The position numbers and the translations under genes are program-made. Below the pieces are notes generated by a model. That model was not told the DNA's origin. It saw only the letters and a list, made by a program, of their open reading frames with translations, and did no database searches. This document shows, in pieces, positions 8,114 to 18,416 of a DNA stretch of 42,590 bases (the first letter of the stretch is position 1; each line of letters begins with the position of its first letter). Origin of the DNA: Gammaproteobacteria bacterium (GTDB lineage: Bacteria > Pseudomonadota > Gammaproteobacteria > GCA-001735895); assembly GCA_030066335.1 (NCBI GenBank), contig JASJBV010000070.1:1-42590 (forward strand), in the 5' to 3' direction.

Positions 8114-9340
8114 ATGAATAAAACTACCCTGAAACAGGATGCCCTCCGCTACCACGAAGAACCCAACCCGGGCAAACTGGCGATAAACATTACCAAGCCC
8201 ACCGAATCACAATATGACCTGTCCCTGGCCTACACCCCGGGCGTGGCCGAACCGGTGCGCAGAATCGCCGCCAATCATGATGCAGCCTATCGGTATACCG
8301 CCAAGGGCAACCTGGTGGCGGTCATCACCGATGGCTCGGCGGTACTCGGACTCGGCAATGTCGGCGCGCTGGCCGGTAAACCGGTGATGGAAGGCAAGGC
8401 GGTTTTGTTCAAGGCGTTTGCCGATATCGATGTGTTCGATATCGAGGTCGACACCCAGGACGTCGATGAATTCGTCAACACCGTGGCCAATATCGCCGGT
8501 GGGTTCGGCGGCATCAACCTGGAAGATATCTCGGCCCCGCGTTGTTTTGAGATCGAACGTGCGCTGGAGGATAAGCTCGATATCCCGGTCTTCCATGATG
8601 ACCAGCACGGTACCGCGATCATCATCGCGGCCGCCCTGTTGAATGCGCTGGAACTGCAGGGCAAGACCCTGGAGCAAGCCCGGATCACCTGTGTCGGCGC
8701 CGGTGCCGCCGGCATCGCCTCGATGGACCTGTTGGTCGCGCTGGGCGCGGACATGGATAACATTACCCTGGTCGACAGCAAGGGCGTCATCCATGCCGAG
8801 CGCAAGGATCTCAATCATTACAAGCATGCGTTTGCCCGCTACACCGATAAACGCACGCTGGAAGATGCAATGGTAGCCGCCGATGTCTTCATCGGCGTGT
8901 CCGGTCCGGATATCCTGCACACCGGGATGCTGGAATCGATGGCGGACCACCCGATCGTGTTCGCCCTGTCCAACCCGGATCCGGAAATCCTACCGGAACT
9001 GGCGTTCAAGACCCGCTCCGACCTGATCATGGCCACCGGGCGTAGCGACTACCCGAATCAGGTCAACAACGTGCTCGGTTTCCCCTATATTTTCCGTGGC
9101 GCTTTGGACGCGCGGGCAACCCGAATCAGTACCGAGATGCATGTTGCCGCGGTGCACGCGATTGCCGAGCTGGCCAAGGAGCCGGTGCCGCAGTCGGTGC
9201 TGGATGCCTACGGCCTCGAATCGCTCGCCTTTGGCAAGGATTACATCCTGCCCAAGCCCTTCGATCCGCGCCTGATCGATACCATACCCATCGCCGTCAA
9301 GGAAGCCGCCATCGCTTCAAATGCCATCCACCGCAATTAA
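8114..9340 (+). CDS. NAD(P)-dependent malic enzyme, short form without a PTA-like domain
   Basis: Track ORF 8099..9340 has a TTG start. The ATG at 8114 gives MNKTTLKQDALRYHEEPNPGKL...SLAYTPGVA...VITDGSAVLGLGN.G...GINLEDI...FHDDQHGTA...GAGAAG...ALSNP, typical of prokaryotic malic enzymes. Confidence 0.85.
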   Translation: MNKTTLKQDALRYHEEPNPGKLAINITKPTESQYDLSLAYTPGVAEPVRRIAANHDAAYRYTAKGNLVAVITDGSAVLGLGNVGALAGKPVMEGKAVLFKAFADIDVFDIEVDTQDVDEFVNTVANIAGGFGGINLEDISAPRCFEIERALEDKLDIPVFHDDQHGTAIIIAAALLNALELQGKTLEQARITCVGAGAAGIASMDLLVALGADMDNITLVDSKGVIHAERKDLNHYKHAFARYTDKRTLEDAMVAADVFIGVSGPDILHTGMLESMADHPIVFALSNPDPEILPELAFKTRSDLIMATGRSDYPNQVNNVLGFPYIFRGALDARATRISTEMHVAAVHAIAELAKEPVPQSVLDAYGLESLAFGKDYILPKPFDPRLIDTIPIAVKEAAIASNAIHRN

Positions 9341-10286
9341 ATCCATAGTTGTTGTATGCAGCCTGCTGTTCGCCAGTGCAAACTGGGCACTGACCGACGC
9401 GACCGACCCCATCGACCCGCGGCAGGCCTGCGAAAAAATCAGTAACAAGCTCTCCAGTGTCAGTTTTAACGAATGCCATACCCTGCAGCTGCAACCGACC
9501 GGGCACCAGTCGGTCAACGGCTTTCCGATCCTGCAGCGTGAATATCCACCGTTACCGAGCAAACGACCGCGCGGCCGGGTCCTGCTGATCGGCGGCACCC
9601 ATGGCGATGAACTGTCATCGATCTCGGTGGTATTCAAATGGATGCACACACTGGAAAAACATCATTCCGGTTTGTTTCACTGGCGCGTGGTACCGCTGCT
9701 GAATCCGGACGGTGCCCTGATCAAGCAACACAGCCGCAACAATGCCAACGGGGTCGACCTGAATCGGAATTTTCTAACTCCGGGTAAAGAGGGCTCGGCG
9801 CTGGCCTACTGGATCAACCGCACCAAGCGCAACAAACGTCGTTACCCGGGCGATAAACCCCTGAGCGAACCGGAATCGCGCTGGCTCAAGCAGGAGATCG
9901 ATCAGTTCCGACCGGATGTCATCATCGCCGTACATGCCCCGTTTCGCCTGGTCGATTACGATGCTCCCAACCGGGATAATGCCCCGGAGCGGATTGGCAA
10001 CCTGTACAAGAACCTGATGGGCACCTACCCCGGGTCACTGGGCAATTACGCCGGCATCCATCTCGGCATCCCGGTGATCACGATGGAACTGCCGCATGCC
10101 GGGATTATGCCGAAGCCCAAACAGGTCAGCCGCCTGTGGACCGACTTGGTGCGCTGGTTGATCGATAACGTGGATAATACCGACAGGCCTAATCCCGTTT
10201 ACACAGTGGTTGCTGGTCAGGGTTTTCCACCGCGTCCACAATCGCGTCCACCAGTTGGCCCAACTCCTTACTCGATACCACAGTAA
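9321..10286 (+). CDS. Secreted M14-family zinc carboxypeptidase-like protein
   Basis: 321 aa with a signal peptide (IVVVCSLLFASANWA). GGTHGDELSS (HxxE zinc ligands), NPDG, DLNRNF, and a second His region AVHAP. Overlaps the malic-enzyme stop by 20 nt. Confidence 0.7.
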   Translation: MPSTAIKSIVVVCSLLFASANWALTDATDPIDPRQACEKISNKLSSVSFNECHTLQLQPTGHQSVNGFPILQREYPPLPSKRPRGRVLLIGGTHGDELSSISVVFKWMHTLEKHHSGLFHWRVVPLLNPDGALIKQHSRNNANGVDLNRNFLTPGKEGSALAYWINRTKRNKRRYPGDKPLSEPESRWLKQEIDQFRPDVIIAVHAPFRLVDYDAPNRDNAPERIGNLYKNLMGTYPGSLGNYAGIHLGIPVITMELPHAGIMPKPKQVSRLWTDLVRWLIDNVDNTDRPNPVYTVVAGQGFPPRPQSRPPVGPTPYSIPQ

Positions 10287-10620
10287 GGATCCGGTTCAAT
10301 ACCTCCGGGTCCACCGACGCCAGCACCGATCGACCGTCCTGTAATGAAACAGCCAGGCCGACTATATTCATTTCGTCCTCGTTACTTTCCTGCGTGACCA
10401 GTTGTTCAGTTAACGCCATCATCTCATCGTAATATGCCTCGATCTCTTCACTGAGCTTATCATCCAGGTCATCGGCGATAGCGACCAGGTAACCCTCGAC
10501 ATTGGTTTGATCAACACCCTCCTGTAACAGCTTGACCTGCCTGCTCTGCAGGAAATTTTTGAATAACTGGTAGGGCTTTGAATGAAAAAAAATATATTCC
10601 AGGGTTAATTGATCATTCAT
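10189..10620 (-). CDS. Hypothetical acidic protein
   Basis: Track ORF 10189..10638 has a TTG start. The ATG at 10620 gives MNDQLTLEYIFFHSKPYQLF... The protein is strongly acidic (DDLDDKLSEEIEAYYDEMM), and I recognise no domain. Divergent from hemB. The start is uncertain. Confidence 0.45.
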   Translation of the reverse strand: MNDQLTLEYIFFHSKPYQLFKNFLQSRQVKLLQEGVDQTNVEGYLVAIADDLDDKLSEEIEAYYDEMMALTEQLVTQESNEDEMNIVGLAVSLQDGRSVLASVDPEVLNRILTVVSSKELGQLVDAIVDAVENPDQQPLCKRD

Positions 10621-10688
10621 TTGACAAGGGCCACTCAACGACTGTTGGGAAATATGAACAAGTTCATAAAATTAGCGACAATTTATGA

Positions 10689-11723
<1,035 letters not shown>

Positions 11724-11834
11724 CCAATAGCTGGACGCATATCGTTACAGGGTTAGTACGACGAATGAACAAGAGACTGATTAAAATTGACTGCACAACT
11801 ACGACAACAACTCAATCTGAGGTTTGCGCGGGCC

Positions 11835-12659
11835 ATGGATAAGTACGGCGTCGTCGGCAACCCGGTCAGTCACAGTCTGTCACCGCGCATTCACAGCGCA
11901 TTTGCCGCGGAAACCGACCAGGACATCTATTACCAGGCGCTGCAGTTCAATAGCAGCACCTTCGATGTCCAGCTGCGCGAACTGCAATCCATCGGCTACC
12001 GCGGGGTCAATATCACCGTACCGTTCAAGGAACAGGCCTGGAAACTGGCCGACAAGCTGAGTCCGCGGGCGCAGGATGCCAAGGCGGTAAATACCATTAT
12101 CTTCCAGGATAACGGCAAGATCGTCGGCGACAATACCGACGGCATCGGCCTGACCCGGGACCTGATCATCAACAATGATGTGTTGGTCACCCATCGCAAG
12201 ATCCTGATCCTCGGCGCCGGTGGCGCGGTGCGCGGCATTCTCGGGCCACTGCTTAGTCGTAAACCGGAGCTGGTCATGATTGCCAACCGTACCCTGCATA
12301 ATGCTGAGCGCCTGGCCGAGGACTTTTTTCATATCGGTTCGGTGGAGACTTCCAGCTTCGAAGACCTGGGCGATGAGAAATATGACCTGATCATCAATGG
12401 CACCTCGGCCGGCCTCGAGGGCGAGGTACCGCCGATCCCGGAGCGGGTACTCGGGGTGAACTCGATCTGCTATGACCTGATGTACGATATCAACAAGCCC
12501 ACCGCTTTTGTCGCCTGGGCCGAACGCCTGGGCGCCCTGCGTGCTTTCGATGGCCTTGGCATGCTGGTGGAACAGGCCGCGGAATCATTTTATATCTGGC
12601 GCGGCATCCGCCCCTCGACCACTGAAGTCATAGCGAAACTGCGCAGTCAGAGCCTGTGA
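11835..12659 (+). CDS. aroE: Shikimate dehydrogenase
   Basis: Track ORF 11787..12659 has a TTG start. The ATG at 11835 gives MDKYGVVGNPVSHSLSPRIHSAF, the canonical AroE N-terminus. Also NITVPFK, NTDG.G, GAGGA.RG. Confidence 0.9.
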   Translation: MDKYGVVGNPVSHSLSPRIHSAFAAETDQDIYYQALQFNSSTFDVQLRELQSIGYRGVNITVPFKEQAWKLADKLSPRAQDAKAVNTIIFQDNGKIVGDNTDGIGLTRDLIINNDVLVTHRKILILGAGGAVRGILGPLLSRKPELVMIANRTLHNAERLAEDFFHIGSVETSSFEDLGDEKYDLIINGTSAGLEGEVPPIPERVLGVNSICYDLMYDINKPTAFVAWAERLGALRAFDGLGMLVEQAAESFYIWRGIRPSTTEVIAKLRSQSL

Positions 12660-12671
12660 GCAAGGTGAATT

Positions 12672-13007
12672 ATGCAGGACCAGGAATATTTCAAACAAAA
12701 GTTACTGCAACGCAAACAGGAACTCAGCGATCGAATCGACAAGATCGATAAAGACATCCGCCATGAAGGCATGTCCGCGGACTGGGGAGAGCAGGCCCTG
12801 GAGCGCGAGAACGACGAGGTCCTCGAGTCACTGGGGAATGCCTCGGAAATTGAATTGGCCAGGATCAAGCACGCCTTGCAGCGTATCGAAGCCGACGAAT
12901 ATTTCTACTGCAGCGAATGTGGTGAGGAAATTCCCGCCGCGCGCCTGGAGTTACTGCCTTACAGCACCCTTTGCGTCAACTGCGCGGAAAAACTTGAACG
13001 CAATTAA
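12672..13007 (+). CDS. DksA/TraR-family C4 zinc-finger protein
   Basis: 111 aa. An N-terminal coiled coil is followed by CSECGEEIPAARLELLPYSTLCVNC (CxxC-N17-CxxC). An AAGGTGA Shine-Dalgarno sequence lies upstream. Confidence 0.8.
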   Translation: MQDQEYFKQKLLQRKQELSDRIDKIDKDIRHEGMSADWGEQALERENDEVLESLGNASEIELARIKHALQRIEADEYFYCSECGEEIPAARLELLPYSTLCVNCAEKLERN

Positions 13008-13039
13008 CCCTGGCCGGGGCACTCAGTGGAGATCAATCC

Positions 13040-13282
13040 ATGCTCAATGAAAAACACGATTTGATTCATGAACTACCGGAGCATCGTGACACGATCCACC
13101 GCCTTAAAACCGGTGATGCACGTTTTGCCAGGCTGTTTGAGGAGTATCACGAGATCGATCACGAGGTGCATCGTATCGAGACCGGTATCGAGAATACCTC
13201 TGATGATTACCTCGAGCAACGCAAGAAAAAGCGCCTGTTCCTCAAGGACGAGCTATTCAAGATGATTATTGAGGCCGAGTAA
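13040..13282 (+). CDS. DUF465 / YdcH-family small protein
   Basis: 80 aa. HDLIHELPEHRDTIHRLKTGDARFARLFEEYHEIDHEVHRIE matches the YdcH/DUF465 pattern. A GGAGA Shine-Dalgarno sequence is present. Confidence 0.7.
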   Translation: MLNEKHDLIHELPEHRDTIHRLKTGDARFARLFEEYHEIDHEVHRIETGIENTSDDYLEQRKKKRLFLKDELFKMIIEAE

Positions 13283-13293
13283 CCGACCCTTTG

Positions 13294-13920
13294 TTATTCG
13301 GCCTCGGCCAGGGTGATACCGCTGGTATCGGGAGGCGGCGGGGGTTCTTCCTCTGGGGTCGTCGATAGCTCGCTACCGACCGGCGCGACATCGATGCCAC
13401 TGATATCGATCTGCGGTTCCGGCACATCTTCAATCTGATCCAGCATCTGTGCCCCCACCGGCGCGATGTCGGCATTCAGATCCTCAATCTGGTCACCTTC
13501 AACCAGGCCTTCAGGTCTGACCAGGGCCTCGGGAATCTTCTCCGACTCGGGATAACGGCTGACATAATCCTCGCCCTGCTCTGCGGCGGCTGCTGCGGCC
13601 GGCGCTGCTGCAGCCGGTGCTGCCTCGGCTGGGGCCGGTGCTGCTGCCGCGGCAGGCTCTGCTTGTGCAGCTACCTGTGCCTCCGCGGACAACGAGCGAA
13701 TTTCACAGACCGCCCCGGCCTTTTCAAACGCCCCACGGAATTTGGCCACGGTGGCGGCGTCGGCTTCACGCTTGATCACCACCCGGCGTCCGGAAAACAT
13801 CTGTTCCAGCCGGGTTCCATCGGCCTTGAAGATTTGTCCGATTCTCTGCTTGACCGTCTGCAGATCGGCGCCGTCAGCGATTTGTCCGCTGAAAGCAATC
13901 TCAAACAGTTCTTCACTCAT
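13294..13920 (-). CDS. Hypothetical protein: ~80-aa N-terminal domain, Ala/Pro-rich linker, acidic C-terminus
   Basis: Track ORF 13294..13932. The ATG at 13920 (MSEELFEIAFSG) is preceded by GAGGGG. The linker is AAQAEPAAAAAPAPAEAAPAAAAPAAAAAAEQ. The C-terminus has a duplicated D(I/V)APVG motif. No family recognised. Confidence 0.55.
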   Translation of the reverse strand: MSEELFEIAFSGQIADGADLQTVKQRIGQIFKADGTRLEQMFSGRRVVIKREADAATVAKFRGAFEKAGAVCEIRSLSAEAQVAAQAEPAAAAAPAPAEAAPAAAAPAAAAAAEQGEDYVSRYPESEKIPEALVRPEGLVEGDQIEDLNADIAPVGAQMLDQIEDVPEPQIDISGIDVAPVGSELSTTPEEEPPPPPDTSGITLAEAE

Positions 13921-13996
13921 AAAGCCCCTCAATCCTGTCGCATGATGTTATTTGATAACTGATTATAGTCCACATCGACCGCCCTTGCGGGTTCGA

Positions 13997-15169
13997 TCAA
14001 TCCTGCCTGAACAAGCCCGCCAATGCCTTGACCAGGCGATCGATATCCGTCGTCTCATGCGCGGCAGACAGCGTGATACGCAACCGCGCACTGCCCGGGG
14101 CCACCGTGGGTGGGCGGATCGCGGTGACATGGATGCCCTGTTCCAGCAGCTGCCGACTGATATCCAGCGTCTGCTGATTATCGCCAATGACGATGGGCTG
14201 GATTGCGGTATCCGAGGGCAGCAGCTGGCACTCCAGGGCCAGCATCTGCTGCCTGAAATAAGCGATCAGCTGCTGCAGCTTTTCCCGGCGCCAGGCCTCA
14301 TCCTCGATGATTTCGATACTGCGTAACACCGCCGCGGCCAGTGACGGCGGGCTGGCAGTGGTATAGATATAGCTGCGGGCCTGCTGGACCAGGGTTTCTA
14401 TCAACTCCTCGCTGCCGGCAACAAACGCCCCGCTGACCCCTACCGCCTTGCCCAGGGTCGCCATCAGGATCGGTACCTGTTGCTGGTCCAGCCCCTGCTC
14501 CTCGCAAAGTCCGGCGCCGTGTTCGCCGAGCACCCCGAAACCGTGGGCATCATCGATCATCAGCCAGCCACCATATTCGCGACACAGCTGCGCCAGGCCC
14601 TGGATATCAGCCTTGTCGCCGTCCATACTGAACACCGCGTCGGTCATGACCAGGCGCCGGGCGGCGGGTTTTTGTTCATTGCTGGCGGCGAGCTGCTGTT
14701 GCAACTGGTCGAGGTCAAGGTGACGGAAGCGCAGGAATTTCGCATCCACCACGCGTGCGGCATCGATCAGCGAGGCGTGGTTGAGCTTGTCCTGGAGGAT
14801 GAAATCATTGCGCCCGACCAGCGCCGAGGTGATCGCCAGGTTGGCCATGTAGCCGGTGCTGAACAGTAATGCACGATCGCGCCCGGTGAACTCGGCCAGG
14901 CGCTGTTCGCAGTCATGGTGCAACTGGCTGTGGCCGTTGACCAGGTGGGCCGAACCGCTACCGACTCCATAGGTTTGGATGGCATCGATCATCGCCTGTT
15001 TGAGCGCAGGGTGATTGGCCAGGCCCAGGTAATCGTTGCTGCAGAAAGACAGCACTTCGCGGCCGTTGATGCGGGGGTGGACACCCTGAGCGGACTGGGT
15101 GATCAGGCGCTGACGATACAATCCCTGCTGTCGGCGCTGTTCCAGTTCCGCCTTCAGGTCATCATGCAT
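13997..15169 (-). CDS. bioF: 8-amino-7-oxononanoate synthase
   Basis: 390 aa class-II aminotransferase fold (SNDYLGL...GSGSAHLVNGH...DDAHG.GV.G..G...TLGKA), immediately downstream of bioB. Confidence 0.9.
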   Translation of the reverse strand: MHDDLKAELEQRRQQGLYRQRLITQSAQGVHPRINGREVLSFCSNDYLGLANHPALKQAMIDAIQTYGVGSGSAHLVNGHSQLHHDCEQRLAEFTGRDRALLFSTGYMANLAITSALVGRNDFILQDKLNHASLIDAARVVDAKFLRFRHLDLDQLQQQLAASNEQKPAARRLVMTDAVFSMDGDKADIQGLAQLCREYGGWLMIDDAHGFGVLGEHGAGLCEEQGLDQQQVPILMATLGKAVGVSGAFVAGSEELIETLVQQARSYIYTTASPPSLAAAVLRSIEIIEDEAWRREKLQQLIAYFRQQMLALECQLLPSDTAIQPIVIGDNQQTLDISRQLLEQGIHVTAIRPPTVAPGSARLRITLSAAHETTDIDRLVKALAGLFRQD

Positions 15170-15175
15170 TGGCTG

Positions 15176-16156
15176 TCAGGCGGCGGTTTGCTGGGCCTGC
15201 TTGACCGATTGCGGCTTGATCCCGAGGCGTTCGAACAGCTCCAGATCCTTGTTTTCCTTCGGATTGGGCGTGGTCAGCAGTTTTTCCCCGTAGAAGATCG
15301 AGTTGGCGCCGGCGAAGAAACACAGGGCTTGCAGTTCGTCGCTCATATCGGTGCGACCGGCGGACAAGCGCACCGCGGACTTTGGCATCAGGATCCTGGC
15401 CACCGCGATGGTGCGCACAAATTCCAGCGGGTCCAGCGCCTCGGTGCCATACAGCGGGGTGTTCTTGACCTGGACCAGCAGGTTGATCGGCACCGATTCC
15501 GGATGCCGCGGCATGTTGGCCAGCTGCTGCAACAGGCTGGCGCGATCGGTTTCATCCTCGCCCATGCCGATAATGCCGCCGCAGCAGACATTGATATTCT
15601 CGTCCTGTACATGTTGCAAAGTGTCCAGCCGATCCTGGTAGGTGCGGGTGGTGATGATATCGCTGTAATACTCCGGTGAGGTATCCAGGTTATGGTTGTA
15701 ATAATCCAGCCCGGCCTGTTTCAGACGCTGGGTCTGCTGCCTGGTCAGCATGCCCAGGGTGACACAGGTTTCCAGCCCTAAATCCTTGACCACCGAGATC
15801 ATCTCGATGACCTTGTCCAGGTTCTTGTCGGTAGGATTGCGCCAGGCCGCGCCCATGCAAAAACGGGTGGCGCCGTTGTTCTTGGCATTCAGTGCCGCCT
15901 GTTTGACCTCGTCCAGCGGCAGCAGGCGTTCTTTTTCCAGCTCGGTGTCGTACTTGGCGGATTGCGGGCAATAAGCACAGTCTTCCGGGCAGGCGCCGGT
16001 CTTGATACTCAATAAAGAGCTGATCTGCACCGAATTGGGATCGAAGTGCTGACGGTGAGTAGTTTGCGCCTGGAACAACAAATCGTTGAAAGGCAGTTCA
16101 AATAATGCTTTGATTTCCGCCAGGGACCAGTCGTGGCGCAGGCTTGTATCTGTCAT
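15176..16156 (-). CDS. bioB: Biotin synthase
   Basis: 326 aa. [16 protein letters not shown] radical-SAM triad, then ...[12 protein letters not shown]...YNHNLDTS... Confidence 0.95.
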   Translation of the reverse strand: MTDTSLRHDWSLAEIKALFELPFNDLLFQAQTTHRQHFDPNSVQISSLLSIKTGACPEDCAYCPQSAKYDTELEKERLLPLDEVKQAALNAKNNGATRFCMGAAWRNPTDKNLDKVIEMISVVKDLGLETCVTLGMLTRQQTQRLKQAGLDYYNHNLDTSPEYYSDIITTRTYQDRLDTLQHVQDENINVCCGGIIGMGEDETDRASLLQQLANMPRHPESVPINLLVQVKNTPLYGTEALDPLEFVRTIAVARILMPKSAVRLSAGRTDMSDELQALCFFAGANSIFYGEKLLTTPNPKENKDLELFERLGIKPQSVKQAQQTAA

Positions 16157-16212
16157 AGGGCAAACCGTCGATTGAAAGACCGTTCAGTCTATTGCAACTC
16201 AGGGATTAGTCA

Positions 16213-16926
16213 ATGTCAGGAAGACATATTTATCTTAATATCCGGCATAAATTGGCGCTTATGCTCAATCCCGGGCTGTGCCTGGGTTGCGGTATTTCGA
16301 TCAAATCCAGCCGCTATTTCTGTCGCCACTGCGATCAATCGCTAGCGCGGGTGACCAACCCCTGCCGCGCTTGCGGCCAGCCCAACCCGGTAACCGGCGA
16401 GCTGTGCCCGGCCTGTCTGCATAAGCCACCGCCATGGCAGGCGATGATTGCCCCGCTGGTGTACCAGGATGCGACCCGCCGCTTAGTGCACCAGCTCAAA
16501 TTCAGCGAGAACACCCCCCTGGCCGAGGCCCTGGTCCAGCATCTCATCTCAGCCTATCAGTTGCGCCCGGTCCAGGTGCTGCTGCCGGTACCACTGCATC
16601 GCTCACGATTGCTCGAGCGTGGTTTCAACCAGTCGCTGGAGATCGCGGACGCCCTGTCACGACGGTTGCAGATTCCGCTTGACCCTCACAGCCTGCAACG
16701 CATCCGCGCCACTGATGCTCAATCCGGCCTCAGCCTGAACCAACGTCAGCAGAACCTGGCGAAGGCCTTTGACTACCAGCCCAGACAGGCTTATCGAGCG
16801 GTCGCCATTGTCGATGACGTGATCACCAGTGGCAGCACGATGACGGAAATCTGTAAGTTACTTCGGCGGCAGGGGATCGAGCATATCGAGGCCTGGAGTC
16901 TGGCCAGGGCGTTGGCAAATCGGTGA
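16213..16926 (+). CDS. comF: ComF-family protein (phosphoribosyltransferase-like)
   Basis: 237 aa. N-terminal Cys pairs (CLGC...CRHC...CRAC...CPAC) and a C-terminal PRT motif VAIVDDVITSGST. Divergent from bioB, as in pseudomonads. Confidence 0.8.
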   Translation: MSGRHIYLNIRHKLALMLNPGLCLGCGISIKSSRYFCRHCDQSLARVTNPCRACGQPNPVTGELCPACLHKPPPWQAMIAPLVYQDATRRLVHQLKFSENTPLAEALVQHLISAYQLRPVQVLLPVPLHRSRLLERGFNQSLEIADALSRRLQIPLDPHSLQRIRATDAQSGLSLNQRQQNLAKAFDYQPRQAYRAVAIVDDVITSGSTMTEICKLLRRQGIEHIEAWSLARALANR

Positions 16927-16982
16927 CAGTTGAAGCGGATTTCAGGCATAATCACGCGCTCTTTCCACTCAATGAGCATGTT

Positions 16983-17312
16983 ATGGCCTATCTATACCTG
17001 GCTATCGCTATCCTGGCCGAGGTCGCCGCAACCAGCGCGCTGAAGGCCAGCGAGGGCTTCACCCGCCTGGTGCCCAGCCTGATCGTGGTTTTCGGTTATG
17101 GGCTGGCATTTTATTTTTTGAGCCTGGTCCTCAGGACCATCCCGTTGGGCATCACTTACGCGGTCTGGGCCGGTCTCGGCGTCGTCCTGGTAGCCATTGC
17201 CGGCATATTCCTCTACCAGCAGGTGCCGGATCTGCCCGCGATCATCGGCATGGCATTAATTGTGGCCGGAGTGCTCGTGATCCACCTGTTTTCGAACAAT
17301 GTTCAACATTAA
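16983..17312 (+). CDS. emrE: SMR-family multidrug efflux protein (EmrE-like)
   Basis: Track ORF 16923..17312. The ATG at 16983 gives a 109-aa, 4-TM protein MAYLYLAIAILAEVAATSALKASEGFTRL... It carries the essential membrane Glu (AILAEV) and DLPAIIGMALIVAGVLVI, closely colinear with E. coli EmrE. Confidence 0.85.
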   Translation: MAYLYLAIAILAEVAATSALKASEGFTRLVPSLIVVFGYGLAFYFLSLVLRTIPLGITYAVWAGLGVVLVAIAGIFLYQQVPDLPAIIGMALIVAGVLVIHLFSNNVQH

Positions 17313-17387
17313 GCAGGCAGCACTGGCTTGCATCTATTGCTATGCTTAGGCTAATAACGAACTGGTTATAATGGATTGATGGTTTAA

Positions 17388-17879
17388 ATGTTCTATTTTG
17401 CCTATGGCTCCAATATGTCATTCAAACGTCTTGCCGCACGCACAGCGTCGGCCAGGTTACATGGCGTGGCGGCCCTGCCGGGCTATCAGCTGAAATTCCA
17501 CAAGGCCGGCCGCGATGGCTCAGCCAAATGCGACGTTGTGCCCTGCGCACACAGCCAGTCGGTGGTACATGGCGTGATCTACCGTATTTCCCGGACCGAC
17601 AAAGCGGAGCTGGACAAATTCGAGGGCCTTGGCAAGGGCTATGATGAAACCGTGATCACTGTCGTCGATCACCATGAGCAAACACTCGATGTCAATTTAT
17701 ACATCGCCACGCACACTGACCCCTTATTGAAGCCCTTTCACTGGTACAAGCAGCATGTGCTGGTCGGCGCTGCCGAGCATAACCTACCCGCTCACTATGT
17801 GCGCCAGATCGAACAGGTGGAATCGATCGTCGATGAGGATAGCGATCGCCACAAGCAGGAATTGTCGATCTATCGTTGA
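17388..17879 (+). CDS. Gamma-glutamylcyclotransferase (AIG2/GGCT-like) family protein
   Basis: 163 aa. MFYFAYGSNMSFKRL (the YGSN motif of the GGCT fold)...VHGVIYRI...LD.FEG. Confidence 0.7.
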   Translation: MFYFAYGSNMSFKRLAARTASARLHGVAALPGYQLKFHKAGRDGSAKCDVVPCAHSQSVVHGVIYRISRTDKAELDKFEGLGKGYDETVITVVDHHEQTLDVNLYIATHTDPLLKPFHWYKQHVLVGAAEHNLPAHYVRQIEQVESIVDEDSDRHKQELSIYR

Positions 17880-17980
17880 TACGCCGGTGTTGCCCGGTAA
17901 CAGAAACTTAAGTCAGGGGATTGCGAATGTTAGATGATAACCGGGTTGTCATAGAGCATCGCTCGAAAAGGGGCGGAGTC

Positions 17981-18349
17981 TCATCCCTCCTCCAGCCATC
18001 TCCTGGCATCCGCCTCACTGGCAAACACTCGTCCTGGTAAGCCGCGATTCTTTAGCACGGTCTGGGCAAATAAGGTCGCTGAATAGGCTTGTGGATTGAG
18101 CTCCACCCAGGCAATACGATATCTATAGTCAATACCAAGTTTGTCGAATAATTGGGCATATTGATAGGCATCGACAGTATTCAATGGCTGGGTGGTTTCA
18201 GCAATTCCGAGAACCTGGAAGCAGTTATTCTTTTCACAGGCCTCCACAACCTGTGGCCAAAGACTCGAGGCGACTTGCATGTCTTCTCGACCACTGAGGT
18301 GCACCTTAATCAAGTTGCCTTCAACGAAAATTTCGAAATGGCTATCCAT
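17981..18349 (-). CDS. Hypothetical 122-aa protein (possibly a STAS/SpoIIAA-like fold; not confidently recognised)
   Basis: A clean ORF with no competing frame and lower GC than its surroundings. Last gene of a co-directional cluster. Confidence 0.5.
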   Translation of the reverse strand: MDSHFEIFVEGNLIKVHLSGREDMQVASSLWPQVVEACEKNNCFQVLGIAETTQPLNTVDAYQYAQLFDKLGIDYRYRIAWVELNPQAYSATLFAQTVLKNRGLPGRVFASEADARRWLEEG

Positions 18350-18416
18350 ATCTCTGGCTAAAGAATTCTTATAATCAATCCTTGACGATTGCAGCTATCC
18401 TGTGGAAGCTGACCAG

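Noticed and set aside
16157-16212. Possible BirA operator in the bioB/comF divergent region
   Set aside because: Only one half-site-like GCAAACC is present. There is no inverted GGTTTxC partner at the 14-16-bp spacing of bioO-type operators.
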